DNA from: Chthoniobacterales bacterium
GTDB lineage: Bacteria > Verrucomicrobiota > Verrucomicrobiia > Chthoniobacterales > Chthoniobacteraceae
Direction: 5' to 3'
Assembly: GCA_038207335.1 (NCBI GenBank)
Contig: JBBQZX010000019.1
Location: 48,681 to 112,680 of the forward strand
Length of the DNA stretch: 64,000 bases
Made by a program: the position numbers and the translations under genes. The notes under the pieces were generated by a model that saw only the letters and a program-made list of their open reading frames with translations, ran no database searches and was not told where the DNA came from. Positions 52,625 through 61,611 of this stretch are shown in pieces; positions within the stretch are counted from its first letter, which is position 1, and every line of letters starts with the position of its first letter.

Positions 52625-54274
52625 AGTTCGCGCGTGGGCGAGTGCGGAATCGGTTTTTCCGCCAAGCATCCGCGCGATTTCCTCGATGCGCTCGGTGCCG
52701 GCCACGGCGTTGAGTTGCGACAGCGTGCGGTCGGCGGTGAAGGCTTTCGTCACGACGAACTGCGTGTCGGCGAGCGCGGCGACTTGCGGAAGATGGCTGA
52801 TGCAGAGGACTTGGTGCGCCTTGCCGAGCTCCTGCATTTTTGCGCCGACCGCGTGCGCGATTTCGTCGCCGACGTTCGCGTCGATCTCATCGAAAACGAG
52901 CAGCGACACCGTGTCTTGCGCGGCGAGCGAAGATTTCACCGCGAGCATCACGCGCGAAATTTCGCCGCTCGAGGCGATCGATTTGAGCGCCTTCGCGGGC
53001 TCGCCGGGATTCGGCGCGAAAAGAAATTCCGCCGATTCAAGCCCGTGCGCGCCGGGCTGCGCGAGTGCATTGAGCGCGATGGCGAAGTCCGATTTTTTGA
53101 AGCCGAGATCGCGGAGATGTTCGGTGACGCTCGCGGAAAGCTTCGGCGCTGCGGCGCGACGTTTCGCTCCGAGTTTCGCGCCGGCGTCGAGCAGCGCGGC
53201 GCGCGTGGTGGCGATCTCGCGGGCGAGACGTTCGAGTTCTTCGCCGCGCGAGCCGATCTTTTGCAGGCGCTCGGCGGAGCGCGTGCCGAATGCGATTACG
53301 TCCGCAATCGAGCCGCCGTATTTGCGTTTCAGCGTCTCGAAAAGCGAGACGCGCTCTTCCATCTGCGCGAGTTCGCCCGGCTCGATTTCGAGGTCTTCCG
53401 CGTAACGCTGAAGGCCGGTCGCAAGCTCTTCGATCTCGGTGAAAGCGCGGATGTGTGCGTCTGAAAATCGCGCCGCGGCGGGGTCGATGCGTTCGAGATC
53501 GCGCAACATTTTTCCTGCTTCCGCGAGACGCGGAAGCGCGGCGTCCTCGGCTTCACTGAGACGCCCGAGAGCGGCGGTGGAAAGCTCGAGCAGGCGGCGG
53601 CTGTTCGACGCCACGCCGTATCGCGCGAGCAATTCGTCCTCCTCGCCGTCGCGCAGATTCGCCGTGTCGATTTCCTGGACTTGATGCGCCAGCAGATCGA
53701 CTTCGCGCTCCAGCGCTGCTTCATTCGTCGAGAGTTCCGCGTGCTCGGCGCTCAGCGCGTTGAGCCGCCGATGTTGCTCCTGATATTTCGCGCGCAATGC
53801 CTCCGCTCCGGCGAACGAATCCAAAAGCGTGAGCTGCTTTTCGATCGAGAGCAGCGACTGGTGATCGTGCGGCCCGTGCAGGTCCACGAGCCCGTCGCCG
53901 AGGTCGCGCAGGACGTTCAATGTCGTCGGGCTCCCGTTGATGAATTGCCGGTTCGCGCCAGCGTTCGTGAAGACGCGTTTCAGGATGAGCTGCGCGTCCT
54001 CGCACGGCTCGACGCCCTGCTCTTCGAGCTCCGCATTCAGCGCGCGGGCGTCCGCAATCTCAAACACCGCCTCCACCGTGCAGCTCTCCGCGCCGGTGCG
54101 GATGAGCGCCTTGTCCGCGCGCTCGCCGAGGATGAGCTTCAGCGCGCCGACGATGATCGATTTCCCGGAGCCCGTCTCGCCTGTGATGGCCGTGAAGCCC
54201 GGTGAAATCTGCCACGCGAGCTCCTCGACGAGCGCGAGATTTCGGATGCGGAGCGAGGCGAGCGTGGCGGTCAT
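52607..54274 (-). CDS. recN: DNA repair protein RecN
   Basis: TGETGSGKS Walker A, HGPHDHQSLL, ASSGEISRVMLA, FDEID, ISHLPQVAA. Confidence 0.97.
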   Translation of the reverse strand: MTATLASLRIRNLALVEELAWQISPGFTAITGETGSGKSIIVGALKLILGERADKALIRTGAESCTVEAVFEIADARALNAELEEQGVEPCEDAQLILKRVFTNAGANRQFINGSPTTLNVLRDLGDGLVDLHGPHDHQSLLSIEKQLTLLDSFAGAEALRAKYQEQHRRLNALSAEHAELSTNEAALEREVDLLAHQVQEIDTANLRDGEEDELLARYGVASNSRRLLELSTAALGRLSEAEDAALPRLAEAGKMLRDLERIDPAAARFSDAHIRAFTEIEELATGLQRYAEDLEIEPGELAQMEERVSLFETLKRKYGGSIADVIAFGTRSAERLQKIGSRGEELERLAREIATTRAALLDAGAKLGAKRRAAAPKLSASVTEHLRDLGFKKSDFAIALNALAQPGAHGLESAEFLFAPNPGEPAKALKSIASSGEISRVMLAVKSSLAAQDTVSLLVFDEIDANVGDEIAHAVGAKMQELGKAHQVLCISHLPQVAALADTQFVVTKAFTADRTLSQLNAVAGTERIEEIARMLGGKTDSALAHARTLLSGR

Positions 54275-54322
54275 GGATGCGCGCTCACGAATGCCAAAAG
54301 GTGCGCGGCGGCGCAACGTCCG

Positions 54323-55507
54323 TCACTCCGCATCGGGTGCCGGGCCGCTCTGCAACATGCGCACGCGGCTCTGTTGCATCGGCAGGCGTATCGTGAAAGT
54401 GAGCCCCTTTCCCTCATCGCTGAGCAGGTCGATCTCGCCGCCATGCTCGCGCACGATGCGGCGCACGATGAGCAGCCCCAGTCCCGAGCCGCTCGCCTTC
54501 GTGGTGAAATAGGGCTCGAAAATCTTGCTCATATTTTCCTGCGAAATGCCGCCGCCGGAATCGGTGAACGCGATGCAGACGAACTCGTCATCGAGATCCG
54601 TCCGGATGCGCAACATGCCGCTCGTCCGCATCGCCTGAAACGCGTTTTTGATGACGTTGTAAAATGCCTGCTTGAGCTGATCGCGATCGACCTGCAGCAG
54701 CGGCAGATCGCTGCGCAACTCCTGCTCCACGAGGATGTCGCGGTCTTCGAGCTCTGGCTGGAGGAACGCGACGGACTCCTGCACGAGCGCGTTGATGTTT
54801 TCGAGGCTCGGCTCGAGATGCGCGGGCCGGATCGCGCCGAGAAATTGCTTCACCGTCGAGTCGAGCCGCTCGATTTCCTCGCGCGCGATGTCGAGCGACT
54901 TTTGCAATTCCTTGCGCGCGGGCTCGGCGACTTTCCGCAGTTTCCGCTCCATGAGCTGAAGGTGGATGTGGAGCGAGTTCAGCGGATTCCCGATCTCATG
55001 CGCGACGCCCGCGGCGAGCATCGTGAGCGCGGAAAGCCGCTCGCTCTGGATCGTCTCCTCGGTCGAGCGGCGGCTCTCCGTGATGTCGCGCAGGATCACC
55101 GCGTAGCCGACCATCTCCTGCTCTTCGCGCCGGCTGGCGGGCGCTTCGAGATGCACGGGCACCACGTAGAAATTCACGAACCGATGCCGCGGATAAAAGA
55201 TCTCCATGTCGCGGCTCACCACTTTTTCCGCCTCGATGAGCCGCTCCCAATCAAGCCCGCGCAGCCGCTCGCCGAGCAGCGTGCCCATGCACTCTTCGCG
55301 CTCGAGCCCGAAAAGTTCGCACGCCGCGCGGTTCAGATAATTCACGCGCCCAAGCCGGTCCGTGACGATCACGCCCTCGTGGATCGCGTTGAAGATCGTC
55401 TCGAGAAACCCTTTCTCGTCCGCCAGCCGATGCAGGTAATTCTGCACCTCCTCCGGCCGCACGCGGCCGATGCGTTCGATGAATTTGTCGAGAAATCCGG
55501 AGTTCAT
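54323..55507 (-). CDS. PAS-domain sensor histidine kinase (NtrB-like)
   Basis: AAGVAHEIGNPL, NVIKNA, DSGGGI, FEPYFTTK, GSGLGL. Confidence 0.93.
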   Translation of the reverse strand: MNSGFLDKFIERIGRVRPEEVQNYLHRLADEKGFLETIFNAIHEGVIVTDRLGRVNYLNRAACELFGLEREECMGTLLGERLRGLDWERLIEAEKVVSRDMEIFYPRHRFVNFYVVPVHLEAPASRREEQEMVGYAVILRDITESRRSTEETIQSERLSALTMLAAGVAHEIGNPLNSLHIHLQLMERKLRKVAEPARKELQKSLDIAREEIERLDSTVKQFLGAIRPAHLEPSLENINALVQESVAFLQPELEDRDILVEQELRSDLPLLQVDRDQLKQAFYNVIKNAFQAMRTSGMLRIRTDLDDEFVCIAFTDSGGGISQENMSKIFEPYFTTKASGSGLGLLIVRRIVREHGGEIDLLSDEGKGLTFTIRLPMQQSRVRMLQSGPAPDAE

Positions 55508-55573
55508 GCGCGCGGGGGAAGTCAGCCGTCAGCGAGGGAAGTTTTCAAGCGTCCGGCAACGAGCACGAGCAGC

Positions 55574-55605
55574 AAAAAGGGCGGGATTCTCGCGAATCCC
55601 GCCCT
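55574..55605 (-). terminator. Rho-independent terminator after rplQ
   Basis: Stem agggcgggattc / gaatcccgccct with a 4-nt loop, followed by a T-run on the minus strand. Confidence 0.85.
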
Positions 55606-55629
55606 GTTGATTTTGGCTCGAGCCCCGAG

Positions 55630-56154
55630 TTACTCGGCGGCTGGCTTGTCTGCCGCGGCCTTCTTGGCGCGGGGCTTCTTCGCGGGCTTGGCCTCGGCTT
55701 CGCCTTCAGCAGGCTCGGCTTTTTTGGCTGCCGGCTTCTTCGCCGCGGGCTTCTTTTTGGCGGGCGTCGGCGTGGCTTCTTCCACTTCGACTTCCGCACC
55801 ATCGACCCACTCGATGAAGGCCATCGGCGCGGCGTCGCTCTTGCGCATGCCGAGCTTCACGATGCGCGTGTAGCCGCCCTTGCGGTCGGCGGCGCGCGGC
55901 GCGACTTCGTCGAAGAGCGCCTTCACGGCGCCCTCATTGTGGCAGAGCGTCGCGAGCGCCATACGGCGCGCGTGCAGCGTTTTCTTTTTGCCGAGCGTGA
56001 TCATTTTCTCGGCCAGCGGGCGCACGGCTTTCGCCTTTGCCAGCGTGGTGGTGATCCGGCTGTGCTCGATCAGGCTCACGACCTGATTCGCCAGAAGCGC
56101 GTCGCGGTGCGCCTGGCTGCGCCCGAGTTTGACGGTTTTTCGTTGGTGTCGCAT
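55630..56154 (-). CDS. rplQ: 50S ribosomal protein L17 with Lys/Ala/Pro-rich tail
   Basis: MRHQ..KLGR..HR, ITTTLAKAK, GGYTRIVK. Confidence 0.98.
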   Translation of the reverse strand: MRHQRKTVKLGRSQAHRDALLANQVVSLIEHSRITTTLAKAKAVRPLAEKMITLGKKKTLHARRMALATLCHNEGAVKALFDEVAPRAADRKGGYTRIVKLGMRKSDAAPMAFIEWVDGAEVEVEEATPTPAKKKPAAKKPAAKKAEPAEGEAEAKPAKKPRAKKAAADKPAAE

Positions 56155-56188
56155 TTGGATTGTTTTCTAAAAATGACGCGCTCGCGTG

Positions 56189-57217
56189 CTAGTCCATCTC
56201 CACGTTCGGATTGGTCCCCGCAGGCGGGAGCGAATCGACGAGACCGATGTCGAATTTCATCCCGAGCGAGAGCCCGAGCTGCGTCAGCTTGTCCTTGATT
56301 TCGTTCAGCGATTTCTTGCCGAAGTTCCGATACTTCAGCATCTCCGCTTCGCTCTTCTGCGCGAGCTGGCCGACGCTGGTGATGTTCGCATTGTTCAGGC
56401 AGTTCGCCGCGCGGACCGACAGCTCGATCTCGTTCACCGACATGTTCAGCAGCTTCTTGAGCTTCTGGTTTTCCTGATTCTGGAGCTGCGGCGTCTCGTC
56501 GAACGCAACCGCATTTTCGTCGTAACCGTAGAACGGCTCGAAGTGCTTTTTCAAAATCGACGACGACTGCACGAGCGCCTCTTCCGGCGTCAGGCGGCCA
56601 TCCGTCCAGATTTCCAGCTCGAGCTTGTCGTAGTCCGTCCGCTGGCCGACGCGAGTCGTGCCGACGGTGTATTTCACGCGCGTCACCGGCGAGAAAATCG
56701 AGTCGATCGCGATCACGCCGATCGGCTGATCCGCGTGCTTGTTCTCGGTGCCAGTCGCAAAACCGCGGCCCACTTTGACTTCGAGCTCGGCGTTGAATTT
56801 GTGCTTCTTGTCGAGCACGCAGATGAGCTGGTCCTTGTTCAAGACCTCGCACTGCGCGGAATCCTCGATGTCGCCTGCGGTGATTGGGCCTTCCTTGTTC
56901 ACCGAAATGGTGAGGTTTCGAATCTCGTGATCGTTCGCCTTGAACTTCACCTTTTTGAGATTCAGCACGATGTCCGTCACGTCTTCGACGACGTGCGGGA
57001 GCGTCTGAAATTCGTGGTTTGCGCCGTCGATTTTGACGGCGGTGATGGCGGCGCCTTCCAGCGAGCTGAGGAGCACGCGGCGGAGCGAATTGCCCACGGT
57101 GTGCCCGTAACCGGCCTCAAAGGGCTCGGCGATGAATTTGGCATAAGTGCCTGTCGAAGTGGACTCTTCCTTGACGAGTGCCTTCGGCATTTCGAAACGG
57201 CCTAAACGAATAGCCAT
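56189..57217 (-). CDS. rpoA: RNA polymerase alpha subunit
   Basis: EPFEAGYGHTVGNSLRRVLLSS, LSVRAANCL, NFGKKSL; start set at MAIRLGRFEMP. Confidence 0.98.
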   Translation of the reverse strand: MAIRLGRFEMPKALVKEESTSTGTYAKFIAEPFEAGYGHTVGNSLRRVLLSSLEGAAITAVKIDGANHEFQTLPHVVEDVTDIVLNLKKVKFKANDHEIRNLTISVNKEGPITAGDIEDSAQCEVLNKDQLICVLDKKHKFNAELEVKVGRGFATGTENKHADQPIGVIAIDSIFSPVTRVKYTVGTTRVGQRTDYDKLELEIWTDGRLTPEEALVQSSSILKKHFEPFYGYDENAVAFDETPQLQNQENQKLKKLLNMSVNEIELSVRAANCLNNANITSVGQLAQKSEAEMLKYRNFGKKSLNEIKDKLTQLGLSLGMKFDIGLVDSLPPAGTNPNVEMD

Positions 57218-57545
57218 GATGTGTGATGAGAAAACCGCGCGCGGAAAATCCGCACCGTCCTCCCGTTTTACCTTTCTACTATTTCGCCGGGTTTCCCTCG
57301 GCGCGAGCGGTGTGCGATCATGAAAATCGCACACCCGAGGACCAACGGCGTATCTGTGTATTTGCGCTTGGGGGCGGGGAAGAGACACGATGTTCGAGCG
57401 GATGTAAACAGGGAATTCTTCGCGCAAGCCGATTAAATCACTCAAAGTAGGCAGCCGATGAATTCAGGCCGTCAGCGTCGCGCGTCACCGCTTCGCACAC
57501 AGCGTCGGCCACAGCACTGATCCAGCCGCCAGTCACTTCACCGGT

Positions 57546-57608
57546 TGCTAGCGCCCGCCGGCGCTGCCCTTCAGGCTGTCTGCGACACGCTATCTCGCTC
57601 CGCTCGGC
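57546..57608 (-). mobile_element. 63-bp multi-hairpin miniature element (copy A)
   Basis: Minus strand ga|gccgagcggagcgagatagcgtgtcgcagacagcctgaagggcagcgccggcgggcgctagca|a; same length and layout as the insert at 62675-62737; boundaries inferred by analogy. Confidence 0.6.
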
Positions 57609-57701
57609 TCGGTGGAAGCGGCGACGAAAAGCAGGGGAGTGAAGAAGCGGAGGTTCATGGAGGGGATGGGTGAAAGCTTGGTCACGAGTCATTCCGAGCG
57701 C

Positions 57702-57872
57702 TTACCTTGGCGCCAAACGGGTTCCTGCCGCGCGCGGCTGCATCCGCTGGAGCGAAAGGTGCCGCTCACGCAAGCGGTCGAGCATCTCCAGCTTTTCCAG
57801 CCACGGCAGCGCGCGCAAGCGGCGGCGTTCCGCTTCCTTGGATTGGATGATGTGCTGAAGATCGGGATTCAC
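57702..57872 (-). CDS. Small hypothetical protein (56 aa), partner of the nucleotidyltransferase-like gene
   Basis: GTG start overlaps the upstream TGA; MNPDLQHIIQSKEAERRRLRALPWLEKLEMLDRLRER...; absent from the ORF track (under 60 aa). Confidence 0.6.
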   Translation of the reverse strand: MNPDLQHIIQSKEAERRRLRALPWLEKLEMLDRLRERHLSLQRMQPRAAGTRLAPR

Positions 57873-58022
57873 GGCTGGAGGAAACGTTTCTCGAACTTCG
57901 CCCAGGCATCAAGCAGCGAGTGACGTGCGAGGATGTCGCGCAGGCGGTCCAGGTCGGCGATCCCCGCTTCGACAAAACATGACCAGCCGCGCGTGATCCT
58001 TGGCGCGTCCGGTTTGGAGCGC
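57869..58022 (-). pseudogene. C-terminal remnant of a nucleotidyltransferase-like gene, frameshifted and 5'-truncated at the IS200 repeat
   Basis: ALQTGRAKDHARLVMF [+1 frameshift near 57975] VEAGIADLDRLRDILARHSLLDAWAKFEKRFLQP*. Confidence 0.55.
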
Positions 58023-58033
58023 CGTCCTGCATC

Positions 58034-58137
58034 TGAATCCCAACGGGATTCCATCATCGAGCCCAAGGTTGCCGCGTCTTCGCGGCTACCTTGGGTCGTT
58101 GGAGAAAACGCGCATCAACTCTGAAAGAGTTGCATCA
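58034..58137 (+). repeat. About 100-bp three-hairpin REP-like repeat, copy 1
   Basis: aatccc-aac-gggatt; cccaagg...ccttggg; caactct-gaa-agagttg. Confidence 0.85.
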
Positions 58138-58590
58138 ATCCCACACATACCGTTCGTCGAATTCGATTTCGTAACGGCGGAGCAATTCGCGGAGTTCATC
58201 CTGAAACGAAATCTTGCGATGGTGTTCCGCCTGCCCGGCGATGTAAGTGCGCGCCGCCTCGACCTGCGAATGGCCGAGGGAGAAAACGCCATAGCCATTC
58301 TGCCACGCGAAGTCCGCCAGCGCGGGCGATTTCGTCTTCAGCCACACGGAGGAACCGCGTTTCAATTCCTTCACCACATCCGCCACCGTCGCCGTGCGGG
58401 AATGTGCGAAGAGCAGATGCACATGATCCTCGACGCCGCCGATGATGAGGGGCTGGCAACCGAGATTCGTGAGGATGCCGCCAAGGTAGCGGTGTAGTTC
58501 CTCGCGGAGCGGTTCGTCGCGCAGGAAAGGGCGGCGATCCTTGGTCGAGAAGACCGTGTGCAGGAGGATCTTTGCGAGCGATTGCGCCAT
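58135..58590 (-). mobile_element. tnpA: IS200/IS605-family Y1 (HUH) transposase, REP-associated-like
   Basis: HTVFSTKDR, EDHVHLL (HUH), WQNGYGVFS, YIAGQAEHH (catalytic Tyr); flanked by inverted structured repeats. Confidence 0.92.
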
Positions 58591-58617
58591 GGCGTCAGCG
58601 TGGGTGGTCCTCCAGGC

Positions 58618-58718
58618 TGATTCAACTCTTTCAGAGTTGATGCCTGTTGATGACGTGTTCCCAAGGTAGCCCGCAGCGGGCAACCTTGGGCTGGATGATT
58701 TAATCCCGTTGGGATTGA
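58618..58718 (-). repeat. REP-like repeat, copy 2 (inverted relative to copy 1)
   Basis: Reverse complement reads tcaatcccaacgggattaaatcatccagcccaaggttgcc...taccttggg...caactctgaaagagttgaatca. Confidence 0.85.
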
Positions 58719-58764
58719 GCCGTGGCTACGTTGGTAGGAATGGCGCGGTGCGAAGCGCACGCCG

Positions 58765-58873
58765 TGAACGCCAACGGCGTTCCATCATCCAGCCTAGGGT
58801 TATTTCGTTCCAACGAAACTACCCTGGGTCCATCCCACCCAACCAAACCGCCAACCCTGAAAGGGTTGAATCA
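58765..58873 (+). repeat. REP-like repeat, copy 3 (same orientation as copy 1)
   Basis: aacgcc-aac-ggcgtt; cctagggt...accctggg; caaccct-gaa-agggttg, with compensatory stem changes. Confidence 0.8.
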
Positions 58874-58899
58874 GCCCCGTTCCGAGCAGAAAAACGTCA

Positions 58900-59937
58900 T
58901 TACCAGTCGATGAGCTGGCGAAAGTTCCGGCAACTTCCGATGTAAGCGTGGTTAATGACCGTGACCGGGTTCTTGGCCCGAAAAACCCCACTGCGGCCGG
59001 CCTTGCTTCGCTTCACCCGATGTCGTTTCTCCTCTACTTCGACTTCTACGCGATAGGTGTCATTGCCGCTGTGGCGTTCGAGGGTGAATCCTTCGTCGGT
59101 TACGCTGTAGACCCAATCTAGCTGCTGCAATTTGGCGTTGTTTACGGCGACCAAGAAGTCAGCCATTGAGGAATAGCGAGCATCCTCTTGAGCAATGGCC
59201 GCCCAGATGACCTTTCTAACTGGCGTGTCCACGTCCGCACCAAGCGTAGAGAGGTCCAAAATCTCGCCATCCTGAACAAGCTTGGCCAAGTCATCGTCGT
59301 CCAAATCTCCGAGGTCGTAGTTCAAAGAACCGCCGAGAAGTTGAAACAAGACGATCCCGAGCTGATACACGTCGCTTTTCGCACTGTATCCGGCGCCTGC
59401 CCAAACCTCCGGAGGCCTGTAAATTCGCGCATGCCGGCTCGCAAAAGCCCGGCCCGCATCATTCAGTTTGCTGGCAAGACCCAAGTCGGTAACCACCCCC
59501 TTTTTTTGCTCACCATTTAATCGAATCACGAGATTGGCCGGTTTCACGTCGCGATGAACAAAGCCCTTCTTGCTGAGATGCGACAATCCAGCAGCAACGT
59601 CATTGATGAGGTGAATGCAGGTATGGGTAGATGGCCAAATGCCCGTCGCAGTCGCATTATCGATGAGTTGTTGAAATGACCCTCCAGTGATCAATTCCAT
59701 CTCAAGCAGGATTTGCTCATCCTCCAAGGTATCTGCACCAAAGATACGCGCGAGATTCTCATGCTCTAGTTCCGTTAGGAGGTGAGGCTCCCGGAGGGCG
59801 GATCCAGCGTCAGCGGCTGATATTGGATAAACCTTCAGAAAGACATCACGGCCTACAAGGCTATTTCTCGCTCGAAAGACGGTTGCATTCTTCCCCGGAA
59901 CTAAAGGCTGAGCATTTGTAAACTTCGCAGGCAGCAT
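58900..59937 (-). CDS. Cytoplasmic Hanks-type Ser/Thr protein kinase
   Basis: FLKVY, HENL, HRDVKPANL, DLGLA, YRPPE, SDVYQLG; no TM segment; visibly more AT-rich DNA. Confidence 0.9.
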   Translation of the reverse strand: MLPAKFTNAQPLVPGKNATVFRARNSLVGRDVFLKVYPISAADAGSALREPHLLTELEHENLARIFGADTLEDEQILLEMELITGGSFQQLIDNATATGIWPSTHTCIHLINDVAAGLSHLSKKGFVHRDVKPANLVIRLNGEQKKGVVTDLGLASKLNDAGRAFASRHARIYRPPEVWAGAGYSAKSDVYQLGIVLFQLLGGSLNYDLGDLDDDDLAKLVQDGEILDLSTLGADVDTPVRKVIWAAIAQEDARYSSMADFLVAVNNAKLQQLDWVYSVTDEGFTLERHSGNDTYRVEVEVEEKRHRVKRSKAGRSGVFRAKNPVTVINHAYIGSCRNFRQLIDW

Positions 59938-59949
59938 GACGATGCTGAG

Positions 59950-60408
59950 CTATTTGTTTGCGCCCTTGTATGCCGCGGCCGCGGCTCCGTTCGCTCCTTG
60001 GGTCCAATACTTGTGGGTGCCCTCGCCGTTGAACAATTCCTTCGATTTTGCCTGCCACTGCTCGCCCTTTTCGCAGCCGAGCGCAGATTTCAAGCTTTGC
60101 GGCTTAATTCCGACAACTGTAAAGCCGCATTCATGTGCGGCAAGTTGAACAACGGCCTCGGCTTTCACAGCTTCAAGCGATGATCCATATTGGCCTGCCG
60201 AACAGCAAAGGATGGCGACCGTGTCGCATTCTTGATCGCGTAAGGCAGCGAGAAGCGTTTTGAGGTTTTTCAGGAGATCAGCTAAGTCGGACGAGCCGGA
60301 CAATTCGAACTGAAGGCGCGTAATCTTTTCAACTTCGAAGGCAACGCCAACACCGGAAGTTTCCGCGATGAAGATTGCGTCCTTGGTCGAATTGATCCCG
60401 ATAACCAT
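59950..60408 (-). CDS. Hypothetical protein, possibly RNase H/RuvC-like fold (DUF3010-like)
   Basis: N-terminal VIGIN beta strand, KAEAVVQL, IKPQSLK; 12 nt upstream of the kinase. Confidence 0.6.
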   Translation of the reverse strand: MVIGINSTKDAIFIAETSGVGVAFEVEKITRLQFELSGSSDLADLLKNLKTLLAALRDQECDTVAILCCSAGQYGSSLEAVKAEAVVQLAAHECGFTVVGIKPQSLKSALGCEKGEQWQAKSKELFNGEGTHKYWTQGANGAAAAAYKGANK

Positions 60409-60475
60409 AGGCCGGAGTCTGTCTGCCTTCTGAGATGAAGCAACCTACAAAACAGGCTTACTGGTCCAGCGCGTC

Positions 60476-60621
60476 TCACTCCTTGGCGTGAACCTCGGCG
60501 CCTTTCTCCACGAACTCCTTCGACTTATCCGCCATCCCCTTCGCCAGCGCCTCTTCCTCGGAGATCGCTTGTTCGGTGGCATATTTTCGGACGTCTTCGG
60601 TGATTTTCATCGAGCAGAAGC
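60476..60621 (-). repeat. Diverged copy of the thiC 3' end (copy 4)
   Basis: Translates [47 protein letters not shown]. Confidence 0.95.
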
Positions 60622-60634
60622 GCGTGCTTCGGGG

Positions 60635-60834
60635 CTACTCAGCCGCTTTGGCTTGCTCGAACAGACTGTCCACCGTTTCCCCGGCGAAGAGTTGGTCACG
60701 AGTCTTCACGTGATCGCCGGTGCCGACTTGGAGTGTGGCGAGCAGCCGGGCGACTTTGGACGCGGGCATCTTTTCCGAAAGAATGGCGGTGGCTTCCTCG
60801 ATGGTGGCGAGTTCGTGATCGACGCGATGCTCAT
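60635..60834 (-). pseudogene. Small antitoxin-like gene with a 1-nt deletion near the start
   Basis: ATG overlaps the MazF stop (ATGA); MSIASI[frameshift]ELATIEEATAILSEKMPASKVARLL...LFAGETVDSLFEQAKAAE*; 200 nt long. Confidence 0.55.
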
Positions 60835-61175
60835 CGCTGGGACGGTGACTTGAAAATGTCGCGCGCTTTGGAGAGGACTTCGGCGAGCTTGGCGGGGAGA
60901 ACTTTCCCCGTGGAGTGGAGGATGACGCGCTGCTCGATCGTGAAGAGCCGTTGAGGGCGAATGAAGCTCGATTGACTGAGCTGCCCGCGTGCAAAATCGG
61001 TGGCGTCGAGCGGGATGGAGAAGCCGTCAGAACGTGCGCGGCTGGTAATCTGGCAGAGGATGAGATCGTCACCCGGCAAATCGACGTGCACCAAAGCAGG
61101 GCGGCGTTTTCCGACGACCTGGTCGGTCTGCGGAAACGGGATGATGACGATCTCGCCTGCTACAAGTTTGCCCAT
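60831..61175 (-). CDS. PemK/MazF-family toxin
   Basis: GEIVIIPFP...KRRPALV, LCQITS. Confidence 0.9.
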   Translation of the reverse strand: MGKLVAGEIVIIPFPQTDQVVGKRRPALVHVDLPGDDLILCQITSRARSDGFSIPLDATDFARGQLSQSSFIRPQRLFTIEQRVILHSTGKVLPAKLAEVLSKARDIFKSPSQR

Positions 61176-61354
61176 GCCGCGTCCTCTTCGGGCGTATTCC
61201 AATCGGTTGCGAGAACGGATTCGCTCAACGCCGCACCATTGAAGGCTTCGTCGCCTGCTTTTTGCCGAAGGAAGACAGCGAAATCATAAACCTCACGTTG
61301 CAAGGGCTCAGGCAAGGCGGCGATTTCCTTTTCGATCAACTCTTGCGTGTTCAT
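61160..61354 (-). CDS. DUF2281-like antitoxin
   Basis: LPEPLQREVYDFAVFL...LSESVLATDWNTPEEDAAW; overlaps the MazF start. Confidence 0.8.
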   Translation of the reverse strand: MNTQELIEKEIAALPEPLQREVYDFAVFLRQKAGDEAFNGAALSESVLATDWNTPEEDAAWANL

Positions 61355-61372
61355 ACGGCGGTTATCGCACAC

Positions 61373-61603
61373 TCACGCCTTCCCGCAAACCTCCGCGCCC
61401 TTTTCCACAAACTCCTTCGACTTCTCCTCCATCCCTTTCGCCAGAGCTTCTTCTGAGATTGCTTGTTCGGCGGCGTATTTGCGGACGTCTTCGGTGATGT
61501 CGACGACGCTGCGGCCCCGCAGCATCGCCCTTTGGGCTGACCGGCGGTGAGTCTGTCTCAGCCCGCCCGCTCGCGGGCCTCGGCTCATCGAGTAGAAGTG
61601 CGG
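61373..61603 (-). repeat. Diverged copy of the thiC 3' end (copy 3), interrupted by an 84-bp insert
   Basis: PHFYSM[insert][41 protein letters not shown]. Confidence 0.95.
61501..61584 (-). mobile_element. 84-bp multi-hairpin miniature insertion (copy B)
   Basis: Absent from native thiC (atga^aaatc); starts gccgag; hairpins gcccgc/gcgggc, gccc-aaa-gggc, gatgctgcg/cgcagcgtc. Confidence 0.75.
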
Positions 61604-61611
61604 CTCGGATC

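Noticed and set aside
57438..57692. 84-aa ORF upstream of rpoA
   Set aside because: It spans the 63-bp mini-element. The signal-peptide-like frame (MNLRFFTPLLF...) stops a few codons after the insertion site, so it is at most a remnant.
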